A stretch of 64,000 bases of DNA, taken from Podarcis liolepis. Taxonomy: Eukaryota. The notes under the pieces are model-generated. The model was not told the DNA's origin. It was given only the letters and a program-made list of their open reading frames with translations, and ran no database searches. The stretch is from NCBI GenBank assembly GCA_965112155.1, contig OZ218101.1. The stretch is one strand, 5' to 3'. Positions 12,997 through 26,000 of the stretch are shown here, piece after piece; within the stretch, counting starts at the first letter, position 1; the number at the start of each line of letters is the position of its first letter. The position numbers and the translations under genes are program-made.

Positions 12997-15900
12997 ACAG
13001 CAGTATTCTGTTCTGACGGTAGCCAGATGCCTATGGGAAACCCATAAGCAGGACTCAAGCACAAGCGCCCTCTCCCCTCCAGCAGTTTCCAGCAACATTG
13101 CATATTATATACAGCGTTCCTATACATCTTATATATTGTGTTTTTATTGTTATTGTTTGGCAGGGGGTTCTTTAATTTCCATTGTAAGAACATAACGCTG
13201 GTATGTAAATGTCTCAGATGATCACACAGACTTATATGTGTATCATTTGCTGGATTGGGACCTGGGGGCATAAACTGGATTTCCATTCAGAGTCACACTT
13301 GAACAGACAGTGGGATGCACATTCTGACATGCATTCAGATGAACATCCCAATTCATACGTTACATGTTGTGCATTAACATCTGGTTTGTTTGCATGAACA
13401 GAGCAGGGTTGGAGCCCTTCTGGTTTCAGAAGACTGGTACTTGCCTTATCATGATGTACCAGGTCCAACACTATTCTACTCTGACTGTCCATAGCTCCAA
13501 ATCTCTCAACTAGTCCCCACAGGCATAACCTATTCCAACCTTCCCCAACTTGGTGTCATGCAGAATCTTTGGAGCCTAGCCCCTAAAGGCAGATCTATTG
13601 TCACTGGAAGTCAGAGGTGGTTTGTGAGGCATTTATGGTTCTTCTTGCAGAAGTCAAAGACATGCAGAAAAGAGGGGGGGGGAGAAACCTGATGTGTACG
13701 TGCAAAGGTGGTGTGCACCTGATACTTCACCATTCTTTTGTCTCACAACACTGGAAGATATGCATGACCAGCCAAGACAAAGGTTCATGGTTCCTCATGG
13801 TTAACTCAAGGCTATTTCTCACATAGACAAAGCCAAGCGCAATGTATACAATATTCATTTCAAGTAGGATTCTTTATTCAGCTGAATCAGTGGATTGGAT
13901 GCTTAAGTCGGTGAGCCACTCTTGTAGTCAGAAAAAAGAACCTATGCATCTTTTCATGTATTTGTAAAAGCAAGCAAAAAGCAAAAGCAAAAAAGACCAC
14001 ATACCTAACCGAATAGAATTATGCGATGCATTTAGGGTGCTTCCAGACTGCCAGCATTTTGTGGGAGGGAGTGAAACAAGCAGTGGAATTTTCCACTTGT
14101 GCAATGAAAAGTGGACTAAAGGAAAGGAAACGTCTGAAGCACTGAGAGGGGGAACTGGGAGCTACAGGAAGATGTCCAATTTGAGAAGGCAAAAATGTCC
14201 ACCGAGGAGAAAGAAACAGTGTTGTTGTGGGATGTGTTGCATGGATTGAATTCCTTTAAACTGTCTTTAATATTGTGTTTTAATATTAATGTGGTGATTT
14301 AATTGTTGCAATCCACCCCAGGACCTTAGGGTAAAGGGCAGGTAATGAATTGTAACAACAACAACAACAACAACATGTTTCACCTGTAGTTTTAGGAGGA
14401 TCAGTAAAATAAGCTTCCATGAATGAAATGTTTAACTAGATTGCAAGATTGTGATCTAAACCTTGAGCCCCATGGCATTCAAGAGTAAGTTCAAGGATGG
14501 TCAATGGCTCCAGTCCTTGACCATCCCTACTTCTGGGTGAATCACCTGAGTTCAAAGATCCTTGCATGCAGCAGCAGGTTGCATGTATATGGCTGTTCAC
14601 ACAGATTTCATTTTGGGATAGATGGTTAGTACTGTTAACTCTTTTTACTCTGATTACAGTTGCAAGAGGGGAGGAAAAGAGACACATCCCTCATTCCTCA
14701 CCCCCAAACAGGTAATATCCGCTGTCAGAGCCAACCATATTTCCCTGCTCTGTTCCTGGTCTTGTTCTTGAATGGGGAACTATGTGTATAGAGTATGTGT
14801 ATACTCTATAATTGTATAGAGTGTTTTGACAAAGGAACCAATGTCATAGAGGGGTGGTGGGCTTTCTTTCACTTTTCAAGGAGATGCTGGGCAGTCATCT
14901 GTTGGGGATGCTCCATTTCTGCATTTCCTGCATAGAAGTTGGACTATGTGGCTTGCAAGAGCCGTTCCACTCTATATGATTCTATAGACCTTGGATGGAG
15001 AGATGCTGCAGAGGGACCCAAGTGAACAGCATTCATTTGCAAGAAAGGAACCTGATTTGGATGAGGAATCATGAACGTTTCTCAGTTTCTGCTTATGAAT
15101 GGTCCTTGTTGGATTGGGAAAGTAGGCTTGAATTGCAGCACCAAGAGGCAATCCTCATAGGAACCTAGGAAGCTGCCTTAACAGTCTACTAGCTCAGCAC
15201 TGTGCATATCAGCTGCTAGTGGTTCTCTGATATGAGCAGGCTGGGATCACTCCCGACCTTACCAAGATATGCTGGACCTTCTTTATGTACAACAGATGCT
15301 TTACCACTGAACAATGGCCCTTCAAAATCAAACCTGGAGGTGAAACTCGTGACTTCCAGTAGCTTAGATTGCAAACTCCACCTCCACAATGGCCATTCCG
15401 TTATAGCTCATCCATTTATTTAAAAACCTGTACCACCTTCATCCCAAAATGGGTTTACCTACCTCACATTCATGCACCCCGCTTGATAGATCACTCACAG
15501 CTGAATGTGTAAAGTTTACACATTGTACTGTATTTGAAGTGATGTTAGATGATATGAATGTTTCGCTATCGCAAACTGGTTTACGGGTGTTTCAGACATG
15601 TAAAGTTTCATTTGGCTACATTTCTCGAGTGACAAGCAAAAGTGTGAGCTCATTCAAGGTAGCATGGAAATACTATTACAGATAGATCAAGCATAATCGA
15701 TATATTTCATTCCTGACAGTCTGGTCCTAGCAAGAATGAGACTAGAGTTCTATTGGCAGGATAATGTGACTTATCAATGTGAGAACCCAAAATGCTGTTA
15801 AGAAAGCATACAGGTACCTACCTGAAATTGCTGTACTGTATTTACCAATGAACATCAGCATCGCTTCCTCTCAGGCTCCTATAGATTAATTCAGGAAGCA

Positions 15901-16530
15901 CTATTTAACCGTCAGTCTAAGACCTGGGGGACATATTGTATTCGGAGAAGTATCTCAGGGACATATGCAAATAACAGGTAATTTAACTGTTTATTGCTTT
16001 TAAGGAAAACAGCAAAAACTACAAAAACATAAAATTTACCCATCCAGAGAATATACATATATATGTGATGAAAGCCTGGCTGCATTTAAAGTCAGCTGGC
16101 ATTTTGCCATTGTTGCACTTGAATGAGAATTTCATTTACAGTGAATAATGATAAAGATGCTATTTAGGGTACAAAATGGATTTGATTTGAAGAACAGGTT
16201 TAGGGTATAATTTTCTAAGAAATAGCTTTTGCAATACTGTAAACTTCAGCTAAGGATACTACCAAAGCTTACATATTATTCTCCCGTCAGCAATCTTCCA
16301 CTTGCTCAGCTAAAACTGATACCCTGGAAATGCAAGTGTGTGTGTGATTGTGGTGGGTTGGGCATTCTGAGCTTGAGCAATAATGAAAATATGACTAAGA
16401 TTTGGTTTTCCCATAGCTGTTTGAACTTCAGCATGACAACTGAACTGCATTTGAAGATTTGGGAGGTTTTAATATGTGGCAAGTTAATCTGTTTTTCACA
16501 CTTCCCCCAGAAGCTGCCCAGAGTGGCTGG

Positions 16531-16532
<2 letters not shown>

Positions 16533-16575
<43 letters not shown>
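16533..16575. repeat. (AAT)n microsatellite
   Basis: Directly visible. Confidence 0.95.
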
Positions 16576-16880
16576 CTTTTTCATATTATTTAGGCCCAAA
16601 CATGCATTTAAGGTCTTAAATTTTAATTTTTTACCATATATTTTCATAGTGGAAGTGCTACTGTTGCAACCCACCTTAGTTCAAATGATGTGGATCCTGA
16701 CGCACCAGCTGAAGACCAATTATCTATTTGATTGAAAATGACACTCTTCTATTTTCTGTAGCACATTAACAACACTCAGACATCTGAATTGAAGCATGTC
16801 ACTTGAGAAAAGCTGTCATTTTCTCATGTAACGTAAAACAAGTTCAAAGCTCAGTTCCAAAACATTCAGTTTGTTTAGAC

Positions 16881-17017
16881 CAGGCTTCCTCAAACTCAGC
16901 CCTCCAGATGTTTTTGGCCTACAACTCCCATGATCCCTAGCTAGCAGGACCAGTGGTCAGGGATGATGGGAATTGTAGTCTCAAAAACATCTGTAGGGCT
17001 GAATTTGAGGAAGCCTG
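16881..17017. mobile_element. hAT-type palindromic MITE
   Basis: TIR CAGGCTTCCTCAAA...TTTGAGGAAGCCTG, 8-bp TSD GTTTAGAC/GCTTAGAC, CTACAACTCCCAT/ATGGGAATTGTAG core. Relatives at about 30300, 33575, 33915, 46660 and 53810. Confidence 0.8.
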
Positions 17018-18034
17018 GCTTAGACATTGCTTTCATTAGCTGCATTCTTGCTTGGTGCTGCTTACAGATGCAGGTTATTCCCATCAAAATGCCACTCTAC
17101 GGTATCTCCCCATTTAATTCAGGTCTACCATTTCCGCAGACTATCCACTATGTAACAAACAGCAAGACAGAAATGGTAAATCTGGATTAGATGGGGTGGG
17201 TGGGTTTGTGGGATGGCATTTTGATGAAGACAACAACATTGTGTGATCACTGAAGGGAAAAAATAAACTTGCATGCATGAACATCTTAGGCTGTATGAAG
17301 AAGAATAAGTATTGTGGCCATGATTCTAGCATCCACTATGGGCTTGCATGAATATACAGCTGAATGGCTGATTATTATTATTTAATCACACGTTTATCCC
17401 TCTCTTCCACCAAGAAATTCAGGGCAGTATAAATGGTCCTCCCATTTTTTCCTTACAACAGCAACCCTGAGAGGTACAGGAGAGAGAATCTGGTCCAAGA
17501 CCACTCAGTAAGTTTCATGGCTCAGTTGGGAGCTGCTGCTCCAGCAATTGTAACCCTTGTACCACATTGGTTCTTATGAAATTGCTGTTTGTGTATTACA
17601 TTTGTATCACTATTTTCCTCCAAGGAGCTCAGAGTGACAGGGAAGCTTCAGAACAGCCCTGTGAAAAGGAGAGTCGTTAGAGGAGCTTCTGGGCAGGTGG
17701 TGTCTAATGCTACCCAGTATTGTTTTTCGACTGTAAGTTCCAGGAAGAACTTTGCAGTTGACCTTTAAGAGTATTCCAACACTTGGGAGCTTGGGGCTGC
17801 AGCTGAATTGCTCATCAGTTCTGAACTAACAAACTGCTAAAAGGATGTCTTTGCCACATCTGCTCCGTCATTATGGCTTCAGTGTCTGTATCTACTGTCC
17901 CCAGATTTAAGCTGCATGTGTTACCACCACCACATAAGAGAAGTAGCAGCAGAGCTTGCAGAAACAATTGAATTTGTTAGTATTTATTTAAAATAATTTC
18001 AGGGGGAGTTCAAGAGAGCTTACTTCTCTGCAAG

Positions 18035-18314
18035 TGGCCTGCGAGCGCTCCAGTTGGAGAACAGCCTTTACCAAAGGTGTCATGGGCTCTGAAGACACTC
18101 AAACTCAGGACGCAAGGGAGAAATGTGCTAAGAGGAAGGCACGCTTGGTAAATCCACACCGTGATCGACTCCTGCCCGGAAACCAATGTCCCCACTGTGG
18201 AAGGACGTGTGGATTCAGAAATGGCCTCCACAGTCACTTACAGACTCATTGTTAAAACCGTGTATATGGAAGACAATCTTACTTGGCTACGAGTGATCGC
18301 CAGAGAAGAAGAAG
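18035..18314 (+). mobile_element. RTE-clade LINE 3' fragment
   Basis: Encodes CERSSWR...CPHCGRTCGFRNGLHSHLQTH (C-terminal C2H2 finger typical of RTE ORFs), followed by a short UTR and (GAA)n tail. Confidence 0.7.
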
Positions 18315-18638
18315 GATTGCAGCCTAAGTGACTCAAATATAAAACCATTGAAGGAACTGCATGAAAATACAAATGCAGCACAGAATGTTCCTTGCTCTTT
18401 GCCACTTTTATATTTATGACTTTTTTGTTTCTTTGAGTAAAGATGTAAGAAGAAGTTGAATTTGACTGAAGATCAGATTTACTACTTCATATTCATGCTA
18501 AAACTAAGGGCTGATCTACTTGAGCCAACACACTCATAAACAGTCCTGGTCCTCGGATGGTTTTTTTATTAAAACTCCACAGAATAATCTAGCCAGGTTT
18601 CATGTAGGGTCTTAATCCAGAATAAGGAGATGGAAAGG

Positions 18639-19382
18639 CAGTGCCAGGTTTAGTATAAGCTAAACAAGCTATAGTTTAGGGCCCCACTCTTTTGGGGCCC
18701 CCCAAAAAAATTAAAGGAAAAAAACCTGGATGTACATTTCCAAAATATAAGATAAAAAACTAATAAAATGGCTTTAGATAAAAACTAATAAAATGGCTTT
18801 AGGTTTTCCCAGTAGTGATGTATTCAAGTGAGAGCTGGACCATAAAGAAGGCTGATCGCTGAAGAATTGATGCTTTTGAATTCTGGTGCTGGAGGAGACT
18901 CTTGAGAGTCCCATGGACTGCAAGAAGATCAAACCTATCCATTCTGAAGGAAATCAGCCCTGAGTGCTCACTGGAAGGACAGATCGTGAAGCTGAGGCTC
19001 CAATACCTTAGCCATCTCATGAGAAGAGAAGACTCCCTGGAAAAGACCCTGATGTTGGGAAAGATGGAGGGCACAAGGAGAAGGGGACGACAGAGGATGA
19101 GATGGTTGGACAGTGTTCTTGAAGCTACCAGCATGAGTTTGACCAAACTGCATGAGGCAGTGGAAGACAGGAGTGCCTGGCGTGCTCTGGTCCATGAGGT
19201 CACGAAGAGTCGGACATGACTAAATGACTAAACAACAACAACAAGATCCATAAATTACTATATTGCATATATTCAACACAAAAAACAGCGACAATTTGTT
19301 GTTGACAAAGGACAGCTGGACATATAAAGGGCCCCATTACCTTCAGTAGCTTAGGGCTTCATCAAACCTAAATCCGGCCCTG
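18639..19382. mobile_element. non-autonomous hAT element interrupted by Bov-B
   Basis: Imperfect TIR CAGTGCCAGGTTTAG / CTAAATCCGGCCCTG. 8-bp TSD TGGAAAGG/TAGAAAGG. Confidence 0.7.
18802..19244 (+). mobile_element. Bov-B (RTE) LINE, 5'-truncated
   Basis: ORF 18902-19219 reads RVPWTARRSN...GRQRMRWLDSV. (CAA)n tail. Confidence 0.9.
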
Positions 19383-21281
19383 TAGAAAGGTCTAGTAAAG
19401 ACAAAACCTGCTTTTGTGTCTGATTATGAAGGCATGGAATTTACGCATCTCTTTCTTTGCTTATTTAACTCAGGGGCCTAGTCATTCCGTTGCAATTTGG
19501 AACCCTGGGAATGGAGATATTCCAACAGGTAATCATTCAGTCACATCCTGTTCTTGATCTTCTGAAGTGCAGGGTTTCCTCTGCAATGACATCAAATCTA
19601 TGGAAACGTTTGAGCTATGTAAATACTCCTAGCAGTTGCAGTTAGATTTCACCCTGTTCTTTCATCATGAGAAAATTTCCAAAATGTCTGATGGGATTTT
19701 AATTTCTTGAATTTCTAAAGGTTAACCTTCTAACTTGAAATAATTTGACCCAGTAGAATAAAGCTCTGGACAATTATACACACAAACGAAAACAATGCAG
19801 CTGCTTTATGACTTTATTAGCACACATTACAAGGTCCCTGTCAGAATTAGAGCTCTGTCTCATTCTCTCCTTTGAAGCAAGCACACTTGAAAATGTCAGG
19901 CACTCCCAGCTATAGCAGCTTGCAGTGCTTATATATCTCAATGGAAAGTTTCGATAAATGAGGCCATAAAATTAGGTGTTGAAAGGTCATATGGTTTGAC
20001 CATCAATGTATCTAAGCAGTAGTCACATTGTTCACTTCAGTGTAAAGTTGTTACTGTTTGATTTTCGCCTCCTACCCGCCTGCCGCCCCACTTTTTTAAA
20101 AAAAGAAAACGCCAATCATTTTGTATGCCAGAATGGAAAGGAAGGTCTCTGGAGTTCTGTCTTGATGTTCCTGTCTGCAGCACAACTGCATTCCTTAATG
20201 AATGCTCAGGGCTCTATGTCTAATTTTGGAATTGAGTAAAATGAATTTGCTGCAATTCTCAATCACTGGGGAATAATCTTAATGTACTTCCCCCTACTGT
20301 TTATGTCTTTATGCAAACAGTGTCTCCTTAACAATGCCCATTGCAGCTAATTTGCAACTACAGATCTCAAAAATATTGTCTTCTAAAGTTTTAATAGAGC
20401 CCCATGCAACTTAATTATCCATTATTGGCAGCTTCTCTCCTGGGGTGATTAGTTGGATGAAGCTAGTGAACTTTGAAACTGCAAAATCTCAGATGGAAAG
20501 ATGATTAGTTTATTTAGCAAGAGACTGGGATAGGAGGGAATGATGGGACTCCCTCGACTCATCTTTGATCAACTTGTTTTCTCTATGGCAGGCTATTTCT
20601 TTGCATGGAAGAATCTCATTTAAAGTTTTGTTGGAGAGTTCTCCCTAACTGGAACAGTCCCTGTGTAAAGTTCACATGAATATGAATGAAAAATGAATTC
20701 ATCCATTCATCAGTGTACTTTTTAGATTTTAGTTTCTTCTTCTTAATAGGTCTCCTGATGTTACTGAAATCCATTCCGGGCACTCTGCAAGGCTGCCCAT
20801 TTCCTCTCAAGTTCCTGCCAGCTGAAGTGGTTTATCATGTTTTGATTCCCAAAAGGAAAAAAGGATAATTGAAAATCAATGTGGAGTCACATCAGGGACA
20901 TTTTTCTGACATTATGATAGTTAGCTATCTAGTTAACTCTATTTACATGCAAAAGACAGATGGCAATAATAGATTGCTATGTCCCAAGAAAGTTAAGGCC
21001 TTGTGAGAGTAGACCACAGAAAATGGTGCTATATTAAAATAAATGAAACAGAGTGGTCATTGAGATAAGCAGTCTAAAATCTTGCATCTTGTCTAGACAA
21101 ACAATACAATCCAACACATGCCTACTCAAAGCAACACCCTCAGAATTCTATCAACTTACTCCCAAGTAAGTCTACATTAACTTTAAAGCCTAAGTATGGC
21201 TAACTTACTGGTCCATAAATATATATATAAAAAGTACCAGTATTGCTTTCCAATATTGGGTCTGGTGACTTCTGTTTCAGT

Positions 21282-21360
21282 GTATTTGAAGAAGTGTGCA
21301 TGCACATGAAAGGTCGTACCAATAACTAACTGAGTTGGTATCTAAGGTGCTACTGGAATA
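21282..21360 (+). mobile_element. degenerate Penelope-like terminal repeat
   Basis: Diverged copy of 48802-48889 and 53587-53670. Confidence 0.65.
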
Positions 21361-21699
21361 ATTTATTTTGTTTTATTTATTTTTATTTTGTTTCAATATT
21401 TAAACGTTTACTCAGAAGTGCCACTTAGGCCAATGGTACAGTTGTAGCCTTAAATCAATCTTTTTCTCTCTCCCCCCCCCTTTTTTGGGGGGGGCCTCGG
21501 TGGGACAATTCTGCAGAGCATCATACATGGCTTTCCCCCACCAACTATCGCTTTTACCGTAACCCTGTGAGGTGGGCTAGGTGCACGGTCTTGTTTTAGT
21601 GCCTTCTGAGCATTCTATTTTTAAAGCACATTTTAGTCCCTGGTCCTCGTTTTTCCTCGTATGGAACATCTTAGCATTCATCTTTTTTTACAGAGTACT

Positions 21700-22882
21700 G
21701 AATGTCAAGTGTGGCCCACGGTGCCTAGCGTTCAGGATTCCCTTTGAGAAGGAGCGCCGAGGACACGCGCCCGGGAGAGTTCCGCGCTCCGACGCGACTC
21801 TGCGCACGGGAAACGGCATTGGTTGACCCGTTTGATCGCGCTTGCGACGAGGACAGCAAGTCTGAGCCCACCGCCGCTCCGATGCTACTGGAACGGCTTG
21901 CCGGCTTCCTTACGGAGCTCGGGGAAGCCGCCGTCTTACGTACATTAAGCACCATTGAACCCAGAGCGATCAGTTAGTTGCAAGTAAACAGCAGTTGCAA
22001 GTCAAAAGATTGGGTTGCATAAGGCTGATTTGCACAGGCCTCGTTCCTTCTCCGTTGGGCTCCGTCAGAGGACAGAATCATCCTGCTGGTCGGACAACGG
22101 GAAGCGCATCAGCGGCAGATTAATAATGTTTCCAGATATTGTATTTTTTAAAAATAAACAATTTCTGTGATGCTCCGCCCGCCCCCCCGAAGATCTCAGA
22201 TCTGGTGGTTCCAGTAGGTCTTCCGAAGTGGTCGTGGCCGCAGATAAGGGAGCCTTATCTTATTGTTCACGCCTACTTTTGTGCATATTGACTACTCGCA
22301 AGCAAGCCCATTGAGTTCAATGAGGGGGCGTAAATGCGCATCGGGATATTTGCAATCGTGCAAACGCGTCAGAGACATCTAGGGCGCAATGCTGCCCACG
22401 CTGACTTTTCCAAGGGGTTTACTTCCGCGTAGACATGTAACTGTGTACTGCTACTCGCCGATGATAAACTACAAGCCCCATAAATCAGAGCGGCACAGCA
22501 GGGACGTAATTTTCGCGCCTGCGTAGTTAAGGGCCCGAGGCGCGGTGGGACCAGAGGTTCCGTCCTTTCCGTTGCTCAATGAAACCTTCCTAATGGAGCG
22601 CCGGAGCTTTTGATGGTGCTGCGCAAGCGCTGTGGCTGGAGCTGGCACGATGGAGCATCCGCGGCTGCTACAAGTTGCAATCCTGATTCTGTTTGTTCTG
22701 TGCTGGGGGAAGAGCTCGGCTGGTGAGTCTGGAGTAAATGCCGCCGGGATCCTGCTTTGCAGAGGGGTCGTGCCCCTCCTTGGCATGTGCGCAGCCCCGG
22801 CGCGCCGTTTTCTTGTCCTTGCTTCTCGTTGTTACAGCTTTGTTAACAGTAGGCTGCAGTTTGTTTGTTTGTTTGTTTGTTT

Positions 22883-22922
<40 letters not shown>

Positions 22923-23010
22923 CCTATAAACACGGGCGTAGAAGGGTCTTGCAATCTTGGATCGCCGCCTCCGGTCCCGGTTCTGGCCACATGGAGCGAT
23001 GCGTGCCCAA
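21700..23010. promoter_or_regulatory. CpG island / POGLUT1 promoter
   Basis: High CpG density around exon 1. ETS-like ACTTCCG near 22421 and E2F-like TTTCGCGC near 22511. Confidence 0.75.
22650..22722 (+). CDS. POGLUT1: POGLUT1 exon 1 (signal peptide)
   Basis: [24 protein letters not shown], donor G|gtgagt. Confidence 0.88.
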
Positions 23011-26000
23011 AGGCAAAACTGATACTTCCTAAGTGGCTCCCTTCTCTTTGTCCCGCAGAAATTCTAAAGTCTCCGAGAACTTCCCTGCTTAACTGCTCAA
23101 GAAGTGCTTCTGCGGCTGCTGGTGGGGGCAGTACAGTACTGCTCAGCAAACAGGAACTGATTTACCCAACTTAAAATATTAAGTGTGTGTGTGTGTGTGT
23201 GTGTGTGTGTTAGAGAGAGAGAGAGAAGGAAGGAAGCAAGGCCCTGATGAAACTCATACCCTTAAACACATGGGGGTCGTCTTTGTCTTGGAACTTGTGT
23301 CCCCACCCCCCTCCTGCCAGAGTAATGGCAAAGCGGACTTGCAGGCAAAATGAAATGAGTGTCCCAATTTTAGACACTCTTGGAGTGCACTGTTTTCTTC
23401 AAACATTTGGGGGTAAGGATAAAGTTGCTCTTGCATCATTAAAATGTCAAAACTTGTGACATGTTACACAGCCCACTTCTGCTGGTGATAGCAGACTCTT
23501 TGTGGGGCTTGCCATTCTCTTCCAAAGCGCCAACCCATGCATCTCAGTCAGGCAATCTGGTCTAGAAATGGAAGGATGTGCATGGATTGAACAGCAGCAT
23601 TATTATTATTTAAAAAAACTTCACTTGGTGTAAGTGCACTAACTCAAACAGGCAAAACAATTTTAATGCCTGCCTTCTTTAATTTCCTGTGGTGCAATTC
23701 TGTGCATGCTAATTCAGAAGTAAGTCCCCACACCATGTTCAGTGGGCTTGCTTGGGTAAGTCAGTGTGTTTTAGGACTTATTTATATATTGAATTTATAT
23801 CCTCCTCTTTCTTCCAAAGGAGCCTAGGGCAGTAAACAACAAGAGCTAAATCAATAAAAACATCCGAAAAACAATTCCAGTGCCAGCGCAGATTGGGCGA
23901 AATCTCAGCCTAAAAGGCTCGTTGACAGAGGAAGGTCTCTGGTAGGCACTGAAAAGAGAAGAAAGCAGAGCCTGACTGATATTCAAGGATTGTAACTTTT
24001 TTATGTTGCTGAAGCTGGGTTTCTGGGTTTAAAGCAGCTTTCTTGTAAGACAGGCTACTCTTTCATCACTAGATTAGGTCTCAGAAACAAGCCTGCCACT
24101 ACACCAGTCTCATGTGGAAATGTGATAACAGAAAGCTACAAAACCAAGACCCTCAACCTCCCACATCATTGCTGATCTGAAGGTCCATGAGGTTACCACC
24201 TTGCTGAAGCTAAACAGATCTAGGCCTGGTTAGTGCCTGGATGGGTGGCCTCCTAGGAGCAACATGCACCACATTCAGTTCCACGACAGAAGAAAGGCTG
24301 GAAGGAAATAGAATTAAATAAATATACAATAAAATCCTTCCCTTCCTCCAAAGAGTTCAGGGCAGTATAAATTAATGATACAAGAAAGTTGACCAATACT
24401 GAGAAATGCAACTCTTTGAGAAGGGATTCAGCAAGGAAATACCATTATACATTCAGGGGAGTGTTGAGAAGTTCTGGAGGGCAAATAAATGGTGGGGGAA
24501 TTTGGCCAGGTCCCCCCACAAGGGGTTCACAGCATTTTCCTTGAAGGTGCTGTGGTTAAGTCACTGAACAGGAGGCTGGATCCAGATTCATTCTCAACAC
24601 ACAGGGCAAAGCCTTGGCCAATCTTGGCACCTTTATCCTGTGTGGGTGGGCAGTGGGACCTCTTGATGATTGTGTCAGATTGGCCAGAATTTAACCCTCC
24701 TTTTGTATCTTTCAGATACAAAATGGAGCAAATTCCTGGTTCAGATAGACAGAGCTGTGGAGAACTACAAACCATGTATGCAGGCAAACTGCAGCTGTCA
24801 TCAAAGGTAAGGGGCCAGCATCTCTCAAAATCCAATTAATACAGTGTGATATAACTCACCAACTCTAGGTTGAAGGTATTACCCTAAGTACAGTGGTGCC
24901 CCACAAGACGAATGCCTCGCAAGACGGAAAACTCGCTAGACGAAAGAGTTTTCCGTTTTGGAGGTGCTTCGCAAAACGAATCTCCTATGGGCTTGCTTCG
25001 CGAGATGAAAATGTCTTACGAGTTCCTGCGGTTTTCCCCCCCTCCCCCCCTTTTCTAAGCCGCTAAGCCGCTTATCAGCTGATCCGATAAGCCGATAATC
25101 CGCTAATCCGTCAATGGGCTTGCTTCGCAAGACAAAAAAACCGCTAGACAAAGAGAATCACAGAACAGATTCTTTTTGTCTTGCGAGGCACCACTGTATG
25201 CTGAATTATAAGCACCTCATGTTATTGGGGATCATTTGCAACAACCTCGTTATTGGGAAGCAGATGATGTGTGCCAAATCAGACCTGACACCATTTACAC
25301 AGCTAATAATTGTGATGGTTTCTTTTAAAGAATAAATAGCATGGGTGGTGCCCTGCTTGAGATTGAGAATTGATTTGTGGGTTAATCCATCTCAGGTCCC
25401 AGTCTGGATTAGCACCTGCCACTGGCTTTTAACAATTTTTGCACATGCAATTCGTTCACACAGTTGCTAACTGCATGGCATGTCTAGTTGAAACTTGTGC
25501 TGTCTTAAAATAGTAATATTTAACATTGTAACCACCACCACCTGTTTATGAATCGCTTGTTGCAGATGAGAGCCTCACAGTGATAAAGCATTAAACACAA
25601 CAGAATATCAGCTTGAAATATAGTACCTTAAAATGTCAATCCAATCAGATAAAGGATGGTATAGCAGTTTAATAAATAACAACTATAACACAGAAAAATC
25701 CCCCTCAACACAGAATTGAATTAATATTCCTATATTAATTCCTATATTTAATATTTAATGACACAGGGTCATTAAAAATAGGTTCTGATTATTTGTGTGT
25801 ATCTATTGACCAAAAGTAGAGAGGAAATATGGCGTCTTTGTTGGAAATATAGTAATATTGTTACTAGGTGGACCCAATGGTGTTAATAGTTTAAAGTAGC
25901 TCCCTGTTTCAGCTCCCTCTCTCTCTGTGCAAGGCAACAAGTTCAATATTCTACTAAAGTGATTGTATTGAACCATCCCATGCTAAAATCCCTTCCTGGA

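Noticed and set aside
16229-16735. 168-aa and 122-aa ORFs with poly-Ile
   Set aside because: Produced by the (AAT)n microsatellite.
22723-23174. Read-through of the 180-aa ORF past POGLUT1 exon 1
   Set aside because: Intronic GC-rich and microsatellite sequence after a strong donor.
24205-24262. 5S rRNA-like sequence as a functional rRNA gene
   Set aside because: Partial and diverged, consistent with a SINE or pseudogene.
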